Source: Corallochytrium limacisporum Hawaii
Lineage: Eukaryota > Protista > Pluriformea
DNA length: 64,000 bases
NCBI GenBank assembly: GCA_002811645.1
Contig: PDIP01000093.1
Coordinates: 74,790-138,789 of the forward strand
Reading direction: 5' to 3'
Positions 43,645 to 53,119 of the stretch are shown piece after piece. The notes beneath the pieces were generated by a model. That model worked only from the letters and a program-made list of their open reading frames with translations, was not told the origin of the DNA and searched no databases. A program made the position numbers and the translations under genes. Numbering within the stretch: the stretch's first letter is position 1; each line of letters opens with the position of its first letter.

Positions 43645-45669
43645 ATGGAGCACACCTGGAGATTCTTCAAGGAGCGAAAGAGGCCCATCAATCCCCTCGG
43701 TTCCACAAAAGAACTGGACAAGGAAGATCCCAACAGAACATGTGCGACCTGTGATGAAGCCTTGGTAGGAAAGATCTGTACCTGCATTGACTGCGGCAGT
43801 GTCCACCATCACACTTGTCATGATCGTAAGGGGAAAGAATGCAAGAAATTCCGTTGCGCAGAATGCTACAATAAGAGCAAACCTCATTTTGAAACATTCA
43901 AGGTAAAGAACATTAACTTCCACTCTTACCAGGGATCTCGGGGAGATGTTGTGGGCTCTAGGGCCTCCGTTTCCGCTGTCGCATCAACGCGCACTTCATT
44001 GCCTCCAATGGAGTCTCTGCAAAACGTTTTCAACTACAAAAAGATGGCCAAGGAACTGAAGCGTAAGCCCAAGGGACCTGAGGCACAATTCATTGCCAAA
44101 TTCCGTGCAGATGGCGGTGAGGCAAAGAAGCGGCCAAGTATGCCCCCATTGGTTGACCGGGATAAAGAGTTTGAATACGTCTTTGAGCGGAATGGCGACG
44201 ACGACGACGACAAGCCTCTGACTCGAGCATCGATGCCTGCGGCTGCCATGCGAAGTCAATTTGAAAGACTCAAGGATGTTGACCTGGAGAGCAGAAGCAG
44301 TTCTGCCGCGGCACCGAGCAAGAGCAGTGAGAAAGAAAAGGAATCAAAGGATAAGGAACCCGAAGAGAGTAATTCTCCTGCTCCTGCCCCTCCTGTGGCC
44401 GCACCTGTCAAGGAAGCCAGCGGAAAGGACAAAGAAAAGGACTCAGAGAAACCAGAGAAGAAGGAGGAATCAAAGAAGGAAAAGACCAACACAAGGACCT
44501 CTGCCATTTTCACATGGAACCACATTCAATCCACAGAAGTTACCCAGCGAGGTGGCAATGAGAACCCGACCTACCAGCCTGTAAAGAAGGCGAAGCCCAC
44601 CAAGGATAAGGACGCAGGAAAGAGTGGAGACAAAGAACATAAAGCAGACGCTGCAGCAAGGGCTGCCGCCGCTGCTCTGGCAGGAGTCACTGCTTCTGCA
44701 CCCCAGAGTCAGGCCCCGGGGCCTCCTGCACAAGCCCCCGCAGAGGGTCGGGAAAAGCGGCCGAAGAAGGCCACCGAAAACGGCGATCAAGCGTCAACGA
44801 AAAAGCGCAAAACGGCCGATGCTCAGCGTCAGTCAGGGGCCCCGTATGGTGGCGCACCGCCTCTCCCACACTATGCTGCCTACTACGGTCATCCTCCGCC
44901 ACCCCCGCCTGGCCAGGGTGGGGATCAGGATCAGTCACACCCCCCACAGTACCATGGCCACCAGTACCCGGGGCACTACCCTCCGCCTCCACCACCCCCC
45001 AGTGGTGATCAGAACAATGGCGCACCTCAAGAGCAGCGCGGTAGCATCCCTTACTATGCACCTGGCCCGGGCCCGGAGGGTTACTACCCACCTGGCGCTC
45101 CTCCTCCGCCTGGCCAAGAAGGTCACGCACACTACAACGGACAGGCTCCGCCTCAGGGTGACCAACGTGGTACGGGACCGCCACCTCCATATGGCTACTA
45201 CCCTGGGTACGACTACAATCGGATGTACCACGATTACTACTATGGGTATTACTACCGGGGACAAGATCAGCAGCAACAAGACACTCGAAGCAGTTCCGAT
45301 GACCGGTCAAAATACCCCCATCCGCCTCCACCCCCGGCCGATGGGCGCGGTTACCCGCCGCCACCTCCGGGTCATCATCCACCGCCACCTCCACCAGGAC
45401 AGTACCCGGGGGCACCACCAAACAGTCACCCTGCTGCACCACCGCCGGGACAATACCCACCACCTGTTCCCACGGCTGCAAACGGTGGCAGTGAAGAAGG
45501 CCAACAACAAGCACCGCCCCCTGGTGCGTGGCCTCCACCGCCTCCCCACTATCAATACTACTACGGCTACTACGGGCATCCACCACCACCACCGCAGCAG
45601 CAACAACAGCAAACACAGCAGGCCAACAGTGATCACCAAGCTTCCGGCGATGCCAGGCGCAGGTCGTGA
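43645..45669 (+). CDS. PHD-finger protein with long Pro/Tyr/Gly/Gln-rich low-complexity tail
   Basis: CATC...CIDC...H--C...CAEC (C4HC3); charged middle with NLS-like KKRK; PPPP/YYG-rich C-terminus. Confidence 0.75.
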   Translation: MEHTWRFFKERKRPINPLGSTKELDKEDPNRTCATCDEALVGKICTCIDCGSVHHHTCHDRKGKECKKFRCAECYNKSKPHFETFKVKNINFHSYQGSRGDVVGSRASVSAVASTRTSLPPMESLQNVFNYKKMAKELKRKPKGPEAQFIAKFRADGGEAKKRPSMPPLVDRDKEFEYVFERNGDDDDDKPLTRASMPAAAMRSQFERLKDVDLESRSSSAAAPSKSSEKEKESKDKEPEESNSPAPAPPVAAPVKEASGKDKEKDSEKPEKKEESKKEKTNTRTSAIFTWNHIQSTEVTQRGGNENPTYQPVKKAKPTKDKDAGKSGDKEHKADAAARAAAAALAGVTASAPQSQAPGPPAQAPAEGREKRPKKATENGDQASTKKRKTADAQRQSGAPYGGAPPLPHYAAYYGHPPPPPPGQGGDQDQSHPPQYHGHQYPGHYPPPPPPPSGDQNNGAPQEQRGSIPYYAPGPGPEGYYPPGAPPPPGQEGHAHYNGQAPPQGDQRGTGPPPPYGYYPGYDYNRMYHDYYYGYYYRGQDQQQQDTRSSSDDRSKYPHPPPPPADGRGYPPPPPGHHPPPPPPGQYPGAPPNSHPAAPPPGQYPPPVPTAANGGSEEGQQQAPPPGAWPPPPPHYQYYYGYYGHPPPPPQQQQQQTQQANSDHQASGDARRRS

Positions 45670-45796
45670 AGCGTTGTTGACCCTATGCATATCATAGAAA
45701 AAACGAAAACGAATACATGACAAACTTCCCCTCTTCCGTACCGACGTAAGTTGACTGAATCATGCTTTAGTTTTATTTATGTTGATCATTTCCTCA

Positions 45797-47008
45797 TCAA
45801 TAGCAACCAGTCGTGCCGTTAGTATAGTCGAGTTCGGCGAGTCGTTTCTCCTCGTCCTCAGGCTCCGAAGATGTTGACACGGAGGTGGATTCGTCACAGC
45901 TGCTGCTGTCCGTGACAGTTACCATGTTCTGGACCTTGGCAGGAGTTGATACGGAGCCTAGCTTCATTAGCTTCCGTCGTGGCATCAATTCGAGCAGCTC
46001 AGGGCATTCCTTGGCAATAGCCGCGCGCCACTTGATTGCCAGCTTCGGACGGCCTTTGAGAACCTTGCGCCAGACGACCGGTAGATTGCTACGGCTGACA
46101 AAATTCTGGGTCACCGCAGTAGAATGGTCCAGGTTTATGACGACGTGCCACCAGCCTCCCGGTACAAACATGGTCTCACCGGGCTTCTGCAGCGCAATGA
46201 TCGGCTTGGGTGCCTTCGGGTCGGCCATGATGGCTGGGTAGACTGTCATGAACCACGTGATTGCCTCCTTTTCCTTCATGCTCCTTGGTTTCACATGCTC
46301 CCGCTTCGAATTTGGTGGGAAAAGGGCCCACAGTTTATGCCCACTCAATAGCGAGTTCCACGCTGAAGTACCTAAGGGATCGATATGAATATTGCTACCA
46401 CTTCGAGCTGGACCCATCACGAACCATTTGTATGGAGGCCGACGCTCTTCCCCAACGTACTTGAACAAATCTTCCGTGAAGTAAGACAGCGGTTTGTAGT
46501 CGCCGCGCATCTGTGCCAGTGGGGCATCGTCTTCGCCCACGTTGCCCTCGAAAACATAAAGAGGGGAATCGTCCTGTTGATTGTGAATGTAGTGGAAATA
46601 GTACTTCAATTTCAACCTCACCGGATAACCCTCGTCATCCTCACCGATCTTCACCCGGGACTCACTGTAGGTCCCCATCAACTGTTCTGGGTTCCATTTG
46701 CCATTGCAGGCCGGCCAGTGATCGAAGCCACCAACGACTATGCATGGCTGATTTGTATCTTCCCAATTTGTTCTGAACTGTTCGGGGCTGCATTGAGAGT
46801 ATCTCACTCTTGGGCATGTGTCCAACGTTGCCCACTTGCGCAGACTGCCATCCCACTTGGCGGCGTAGCACCTACGAGACCATTCATAGGGTTTGATTTC
46901 TGACCTGGCACGCTTCTTTGCCCGCACTACTTTCCGACCTGCCTTGCCATGAAAACGTTCTCGGCGATCCTGTGCCACATAGGGATGCAACAACGAAGGG
47001 ACCGCCAT
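45797..47008 (-). CDS. JMJD6: JmjC-domain hydroxylase JMJD6
   Basis: [76 protein letters not shown], Ser-rich tail. Confidence 0.96.
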   Translation of the reverse strand: [403 protein letters not shown]

Positions 47009-47648
47009 ATTGCGAGTCCATTTACGGCACCATTTATTTCTGTACCACACTTCTAGAGTTCACCCCTGTTCGCTCTTAAATCCGCTCCGTCACTTATATT
47101 TGACAGATGAAGGTACAGATCAGTGTGTAACACTCGTGCAACATGGTTTGAATAGTTTTCCGCGGTGGTCTTCTTCGGAGCCGTTTGCCGCGGGCCAGTA
47201 TAGAGGCCGTCCGTGGCTAGACCATCCCTGGCGGGGCGGCGACACGCGGGTCCCGCCGGCAAGCCCTCTGGGACCGTTCGCGGCCCCCCCCCAACTCTTC
47301 TCCGGGTCCTGAACCACCTCGCCCAAGTTAAGTCCGCAGATGCGTGATTACGGGATCTTTCCTCTTTGGGGAGAGCCAGGGGGATTTAAGACTCCCTTTC
47401 GGTGAGGCGGAAGTTGGCCGCAGCGGGTCCCATGACCACCGGATAGGTCTGACGTGTCAGTTCCGTCTTACACAGTCCACATGTCGCGGCCTCCATTTAT
47501 TTGCTTTGTCTGGGACACCAGAGGTACCTAAGGATGTTCGGGGCATAAAAGTATTGAGAGCAGCGTGGGCTAAGCCCATAGGTCAGGTAAAGAATCTTGG
47601 TATAAGCCTTTGTGCCCCATCCCATTTGGCAATCCCGCTTGCAACACA

Positions 47649-49535
47649 ATGGGTGGTCCAGGGACAAGGAAAGCCGCTTGGCTGCAACTATTGAATTTCG
47701 CCGTAGTGTGCCTTGTGTTGCTTTCTGGTGCTGCAGCAGGACAGGACGGAAAGACGAAGCAGCAGCAGAAACGTAGTCGTCCCGCCAACCTATGGGATGC
47801 GAGCCAGTCTTTTGAAATGCGAGTATATATCAGTAGTAGTCCCGAATTCAAAACGGAAGACTGGGTTTCACAGGACAAGGACTTTGCGGGCGGTAAGTAT
47901 GCATATACACCAGAGGGCCCTCTGAGTTGGGACATTAAAAATGATACTGAGTCTGATGAGAACGTCGAGATACCGCCGATTCCGGAGGTAGGATATGATC
48001 TCGAAAGCATTGACGAGAATGGACAGATCCTGGTGGCAAAGCTCACGGATCTGGAGTATCAGACGCCATTTGAAGAGTACATTCATCTACGTTTGAAGTT
48101 AAATGACGGTGCCCAGAAAAATGGCACTTTGTATGCTCACGTGGTATCCAGCAAGACTAACCACGAGATTCATCCGCACAACTCCGGGTGGAAGAGCACC
48201 AATGCGCAAATTTTGACATCACCTTTGGTACGATACAAGCATCTTCGGTCTGGGCCAAAACTCAAAAACTTATTATCGGGTGCGGCTAACAAAACAATGG
48301 AGAACGGGACTATTGTCGAGCAGACTCCAGAGGAAGAGGAAGACTACAATCCGATTCTGAGTCACTGGCACAACAACCTGACCATCGCCTACGTTGAGGA
48401 CCCAAATCAGAACACACTTCCTCAGCTTTCACCCACCATGAGGAAGAATTTGACTTGGAACCGTACGGCTGGCGGATATATGCCGCTGGTATGGCGTAAC
48501 GAGTTTTGGACCTTCAAGGAGGACATGAAGCCTATCAATAGCACTGTACTTGAGGTAGACCTCTACATATGCGCTTACCACCTTTCCATCTGGCATTGGC
48601 AAATGATGGTCTCTATGGACGAGAGCTTTGGACTGCACCACGAGTGGGGAACCATGAACGAGGATGAACCGGAAGAATTCAAACGGATGCTACTGGACAC
48701 AGATCCATGGCTGTTGGGTATCACTTTCGTCGTTTCAATTTTGCATACGATCTTTGACTTCTTGGCATTCAAGAACGATATTCAGTACTGGCGGAAACGA
48801 AAGACTGTCAAAGGAATTTCCGTTCGGACGTTGTTCACCAACCTTGGCATGCAGGTCATTATTTTCCTCTACCTCCTGGACAATGACACCTCATATTTAA
48901 TTCTAATGTCCAACTTTGTCGGGTTATTCATCGACTTTTGGAAGGCTGGAAAGGCGGCCAACATCTCTCTAGACTACCAAAACAAGTACTTTGGTATCAT
49001 TCCTGCTGTTAGAGTAGAGGACCACGCATCCTACGCGAAATCTAAGACAAAGGAGTTTGATGATTTAGCCTTCTCATACTTGAGCTACGCCTTGTACCCG
49101 ATCGTCGTGATTTACTCCGTCTACAGCTTGATGTACAACGAGCACAAGAGCTGGTACTCCTTCATCTTGAACACCGTTGTCGGCATCATCTACATGTTTG
49201 GTTTCATCATGATGACTCCCCAATTGTTCATCAATTACAAGTTGAAATCGGTGGCTCATCTGCCATGGCGCATGTTGACGTATCGTGCGTTGAACACATT
49301 CATTGATGATCTTTTCGCATTCATCATCAAGATGCCTTTGTTACATCGTCTGGCCTGCTTCAGAGACGACCTCATCTTCTTCATCTATCTCTATCAGCGG
49401 TACATCTATCCTGTGGACCCCAACCGTCGATTTGACGAAGATGATGGAACGCAAGAACCAAGTGAGGCTAGTGAGGGCAAACCACTGCTCCAGAACGGCG
49501 AGAAACAGCCTGCAGAGTCAAAGAAGGACAAATGA
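47649..49535 (+). CDS. CLPTM1: CLPTM1-family multipass membrane protein (lipid scramblase family)
   Basis: VSILHTIFDFLAFKNDIQYW, FGFIMMTPQLFINYKLKSVAHLPWR-LTYRALNTFIDDLFAFIIKMP, YLYQRYIYPVD. Confidence 0.95.
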   Translation: MGGPGTRKAAWLQLLNFAVVCLVLLSGAAAGQDGKTKQQQKRSRPANLWDASQSFEMRVYISSSPEFKTEDWVSQDKDFAGGKYAYTPEGPLSWDIKNDTESDENVEIPPIPEVGYDLESIDENGQILVAKLTDLEYQTPFEEYIHLRLKLNDGAQKNGTLYAHVVSSKTNHEIHPHNSGWKSTNAQILTSPLVRYKHLRSGPKLKNLLSGAANKTMENGTIVEQTPEEEEDYNPILSHWHNNLTIAYVEDPNQNTLPQLSPTMRKNLTWNRTAGGYMPLVWRNEFWTFKEDMKPINSTVLEVDLYICAYHLSIWHWQMMVSMDESFGLHHEWGTMNEDEPEEFKRMLLDTDPWLLGITFVVSILHTIFDFLAFKNDIQYWRKRKTVKGISVRTLFTNLGMQVIIFLYLLDNDTSYLILMSNFVGLFIDFWKAGKAANISLDYQNKYFGIIPAVRVEDHASYAKSKTKEFDDLAFSYLSYALYPIVVIYSVYSLMYNEHKSWYSFILNTVVGIIYMFGFIMMTPQLFINYKLKSVAHLPWRMLTYRALNTFIDDLFAFIIKMPLLHRLACFRDDLIFFIYLYQRYIYPVDPNRRFDEDDGTQEPSEASEGKPLLQNGEKQPAESKKDK

Positions 49536-49941
49536 GTCCGCTCTCTTCTAACCCGAACAATAGACGCCTGCATAAAGTATGATGGTGTATCCATACAAAC
49601 ATCTTTGTCTCCCCGGCCAACCGCAACAGATGATCGCTGAAGACTACATCTTCCTCGTTCATCTCAGAAGCCACATCCTCCCACCACCAGCTTATCTTGA
49701 CCCCATGCCCGGCACCGAGTCGCGTGGGGGGAAGGGGGGGGGGGGGGCGGGGGGCGAGTGGCTCGCCCCGGGATATACGAGGCAGGGACAATCGGCAGCT
49801 TCGGTGGCTACTTGATGAAAGTGGATTTCGCTGTGAAGCACCTTCATTGATAAGGCTGTGCTCATATGGGCTCATTTAGAACATGTCCTGCGAAATCTGA
49901 GTGCCAATGCTGATGATCATGCAGGTTCGACTACCCGAGAC

Positions 49942-51093
49942 ATGATCCGCCACTTGAGGTCTCACTTCCGACCGGCAGAGCGGCCGGTGCAGACATGGTT
50001 CCCGGGACACATGGACAAAAGTCTTAAGAAAATACAAGCACAAGTCTATGAGCGTGTTGATGTGGTCGTGGAAGTACATGACGCACGGATACCTTTTCAT
50101 TACCGCAGTAAAACACTCGATCTCGTGGCCATGGCAAAGCCAAGACTGTTGGTTCTGAACAAGCGGGATCTGGCAGACCGCAGCCTGGAACCAATGATCA
50201 TCGAGAGATATATTAACGAAGCGAACACGGACGTGCTTTTCACAGACTCCCTAGGGAAAGATTTTCAAGGAAAGCAAGATGAAAATTTGAAAGAAATCTT
50301 GGAATGGATCGCAGACACTTCAGTCGCCAACCCGCGTCGCTTGCCATACGGTAAGAGACATGCCATCGGGAGCGGAAGTGACCCATCCCATGTGGTACCT
50401 GCGCTGGGATCGGGACGCAAACAGCAGTATCATCCACGTATCACAAGACAACTGGAGACCATCCGGGCGGCAGCTCTGCAGCGGACAAAGAGCGAGGACA
50501 GCCGATCCGCCCCTCCTGCTCTGCGCGGGTCGTTCAGGTACAACTGCATGGTGGTCGGGATTCCCAATGTGGGTAAATCAACGCTCATCAACAAACTTCG
50601 CAATGTCGGCATGGGTCGCAAGGGCAGCCTCAAGACAGCACCACAGCCGGGAGTGACCAAGAGCGTTGAGAATGGCATTGTGGTGCTCCAGGATCCCCCA
50701 GTGCAACTCCTGGACACACCAGGCATTGTGGAGCCCTTAGTGCCAAATAGGAAGGCTGGATTGACTCTCAGTATGCTGGGATCGATTGATGAATTGGTCT
50801 GTGGATGGTGGGAAATTTGCGACTATCTGTTATTTGTCCTCAATCGGCATGGGATGCTTCGGTATGCAGAGATTCTTGACATTGAGCCAACGGACAGTAT
50901 TCACGAACTCACAACTGGCGTGGCGTACCGGCTGAATCTACAAAAGATGCACACTAACACGGGCAGACCACAGAACCGTAAGAGCGCTGAAGCCATTGAC
51001 GCCACAGATCTGGATGTGGACGAGGCAGCCAAACAGTTTGTGCGTATGTTCAGACGGGGCGATTTTGGGCCAATCAGCCTAGTAAGGGGCTAA
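49942..51093 (+). CDS. MTG1: Mitochondrial ribosome-associated GTPase 1 (RbgA/YlqF family)
   Basis: WFPGHM, EVHDARIP, LNKRDLA (G4), VGIPNVGKSTLIN (G1), PGVT (G2), LLDTPGI (G3): circularly permuted order. Confidence 0.93.
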   Translation: MIRHLRSHFRPAERPVQTWFPGHMDKSLKKIQAQVYERVDVVVEVHDARIPFHYRSKTLDLVAMAKPRLLVLNKRDLADRSLEPMIIERYINEANTDVLFTDSLGKDFQGKQDENLKEILEWIADTSVANPRRLPYGKRHAIGSGSDPSHVVPALGSGRKQQYHPRITRQLETIRAAALQRTKSEDSRSAPPALRGSFRYNCMVVGIPNVGKSTLINKLRNVGMGRKGSLKTAPQPGVTKSVENGIVVLQDPPVQLLDTPGIVEPLVPNRKAGLTLSMLGSIDELVCGWWEICDYLLFVLNRHGMLRYAEILDIEPTDSIHELTTGVAYRLNLQKMHTNTGRPQNRKSAEAIDATDLDVDEAAKQFVRMFRRGDFGPISLVRG

Positions 51094-51158
51094 GAGCAAC
51101 TAATTAAACAAGCAACGAGCAGTATGTATAATAGAAATTGGACTATTCCCCTCTTACA

Positions 51159-52712
51159 TTATGTCGTGTATGCAATCTTCTCAATGTCCGTGCGATGCAT
51201 TTCAGAGTGGGCAGCTTTCTTCCAGTCCGCAAAGTACTTGTCCATAACAGCAGTGAGACCGGCCTTCTCGTCCTCATCACAGTCCTTGCGGTCCACGTAC
51301 ATGGCAACAACGTATATAAAGGCATCCCGCAACCGATGCGCCTCTTCAGCAGCGTCTCCGTTTCCTGTATAGGTACCATCACCAGTGGATATGCTCTGGT
51401 CCTGGAGACGCTTGCTCAATAGTTCGGCGTACCTTGCCGCATTTGGGACAATCAACAGCTGTACAATCAATGGTCCCAAGGCATGTAAGCCTAACAGGGC
51501 ACCATAGTGGCTAGTCATGGCCTTATCGGGATCCAGCAGGGCAGTCACTAGAGTCTTGCCCACGCGCGGCTTCAGATTCGGGTACTGCTTACCGTAGCGG
51601 TCACAGACCCTTCCCACCAGCTCCGCACTGAACCGCCGCAGAGTCCAGTGGTCCTGCTTGGCACTTCTACAGAGGCGCTTGCTGACCAGACATGTTAGTA
51701 CGCAGGGCATGATTTTGTGGAGATAAGGATCATGGTAAAGAGACTCATTCTGCACAATGGCATCAATGGCCATCATCATGCGGCAAAGCATGGGCAGATT
51801 ACGAAGATTGGCACTGATCTTGTCTTCAATGAAAGAGATGAGGTATGGCAGTAGCTGTTGCAAGCCGACATCCTTCCGCAGAGTCTTCAGTGCTGTCTGG
51901 CACAGCTTCGTATCACCATCTACAAGTCCATTGGTGACATGCTTAAAGTAGAATTGCAGTTCTTTGCTGAGAGTGTGGTCTTTGATCGGGCGTACCTCTA
52001 CGTTCTTCTTCAGTTGGGCACTATCACCAGTCTTGTTTGCCGAGTCAGCACCTTCCTCAACCTTGTTCATATTGATCACTCCTCGTTTCACGTCCTCATA
52101 TACAGATGGGTTCTCTGGAATATTGGGCATATGTCCATTGATTGCAAGCCAATGGGCTTTCCAAGTGACGTCAAAAGGTAGTCCCGGTGTAGGTGCCTTG
52201 ATCACGTCCTCCAGACTGACTTCTAGATCATCCGCAAAGTATAGAGTCTCACTCCCTTTGGCTGTGCTCACCTGCGCTTCTTTAGTCTCTGAATTTCCCG
52301 CGCCGGCGGCATCGGTGCCTGTTGCGTCCGAGTTGCCTTGTACGGTCGTAGATGACTTCTGTGCAGACTCTCCGTGGGAGGCCCGGAATTCTAAGTCCTG
52401 GAGAGTAACCCGACTGGTACCTTCGTGCCGACCACCACTAATCATTTGTGGATGAACCTTGCCAATTGTCTTGCTTTGTAACGTGCTGAATCCATAAAGC
52501 GGTTCAAAACGATATGACTCCAAAGCGGCGTTGACGTCTTTGGTCAACAGTTTCCTGCGCTTACTGTGAGATGCAAACTTCAGGGACTCCTGTACAATGT
52601 CTCGCAGCCGATACTCAAGATCAGGGACCAGAGTCTGAGCAACCTCATTGGACAAAGAAATCCCTAAGGAATCTGCGAAGCCCTTCACAGCTTCTCGACT
52701 GTGCTTTGACAT
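51159..52712 (-). CDS. TAF6: TFIID subunit 6
   Basis: Histone fold (DLEYRLRDIVQESLKF--HSKRRKL...EPLYGF), AHWLAING-MP-IPENP, H-LSKELQFYF, GLQQLLPY, HWTLR. Confidence 0.95.
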   Translation of the reverse strand: MSKHSREAVKGFADSLGISLSNEVAQTLVPDLEYRLRDIVQESLKFASHSKRRKLLTKDVNAALESYRFEPLYGFSTLQSKTIGKVHPQMISGGRHEGTSRVTLQDLEFRASHGESAQKSSTTVQGNSDATGTDAAGAGNSETKEAQVSTAKGSETLYFADDLEVSLEDVIKAPTPGLPFDVTWKAHWLAINGHMPNIPENPSVYEDVKRGVINMNKVEEGADSANKTGDSAQLKKNVEVRPIKDHTLSKELQFYFKHVTNGLVDGDTKLCQTALKTLRKDVGLQQLLPYLISFIEDKISANLRNLPMLCRMMMAIDAIVQNESLYHDPYLHKIMPCVLTCLVSKRLCRSAKQDHWTLRRFSAELVGRVCDRYGKQYPNLKPRVGKTLVTALLDPDKAMTSHYGALLGLHALGPLIVQLLIVPNAARYAELLSKRLQDQSISTGDGTYTGNGDAAEEAHRLRDAFIYVVAMYVDRKDCDEDEKAGLTAVMDKYFADWKKAAHSEMHRTDIEKIAYTT

Positions 52713-53119
52713 GATTTATATGTATATTTGAGCGAGCTCTTTAACCGTATCCTTTCCGCATTACAAAACACTCCGTTCACATTTAGTCCGTTCAAATGGT
52801 CGCATACTTCTTTTACATCATTTTAGTGCCTAAATTGCACAAGTTCACTGAAATACCTGTCATTACAAAATTTATTTCCATGAGTCCGAGAACGCGCTCA
52901 AAAACACGATGCGCCCGCGTTTCCCCCCTCCCCCTTTTGCCCCGGGCCCAGGGGGGGACCGGGGGAGCGCGGGGTGGCGGCGGCACACTAGTTCGAAGAA
53001 GTTCGATGATAACGTCAGGAACGGTCCCTCCTTCGATTCTACAGGCGGACGACAATGTTGAGATCACCCAGTTGGACACACAGTTTCCGATAGGGAACAG
53101 TCTGTACGCGAATGCACTT

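Noticed and set aside
44624-45697. Long alternative-frame and antisense ORFs (also 9402-10112, 15308-16036, 36748-37455, 59418-60299)
   Set aside because: Shadow ORFs of GC-rich real genes, with no recognisable motifs.
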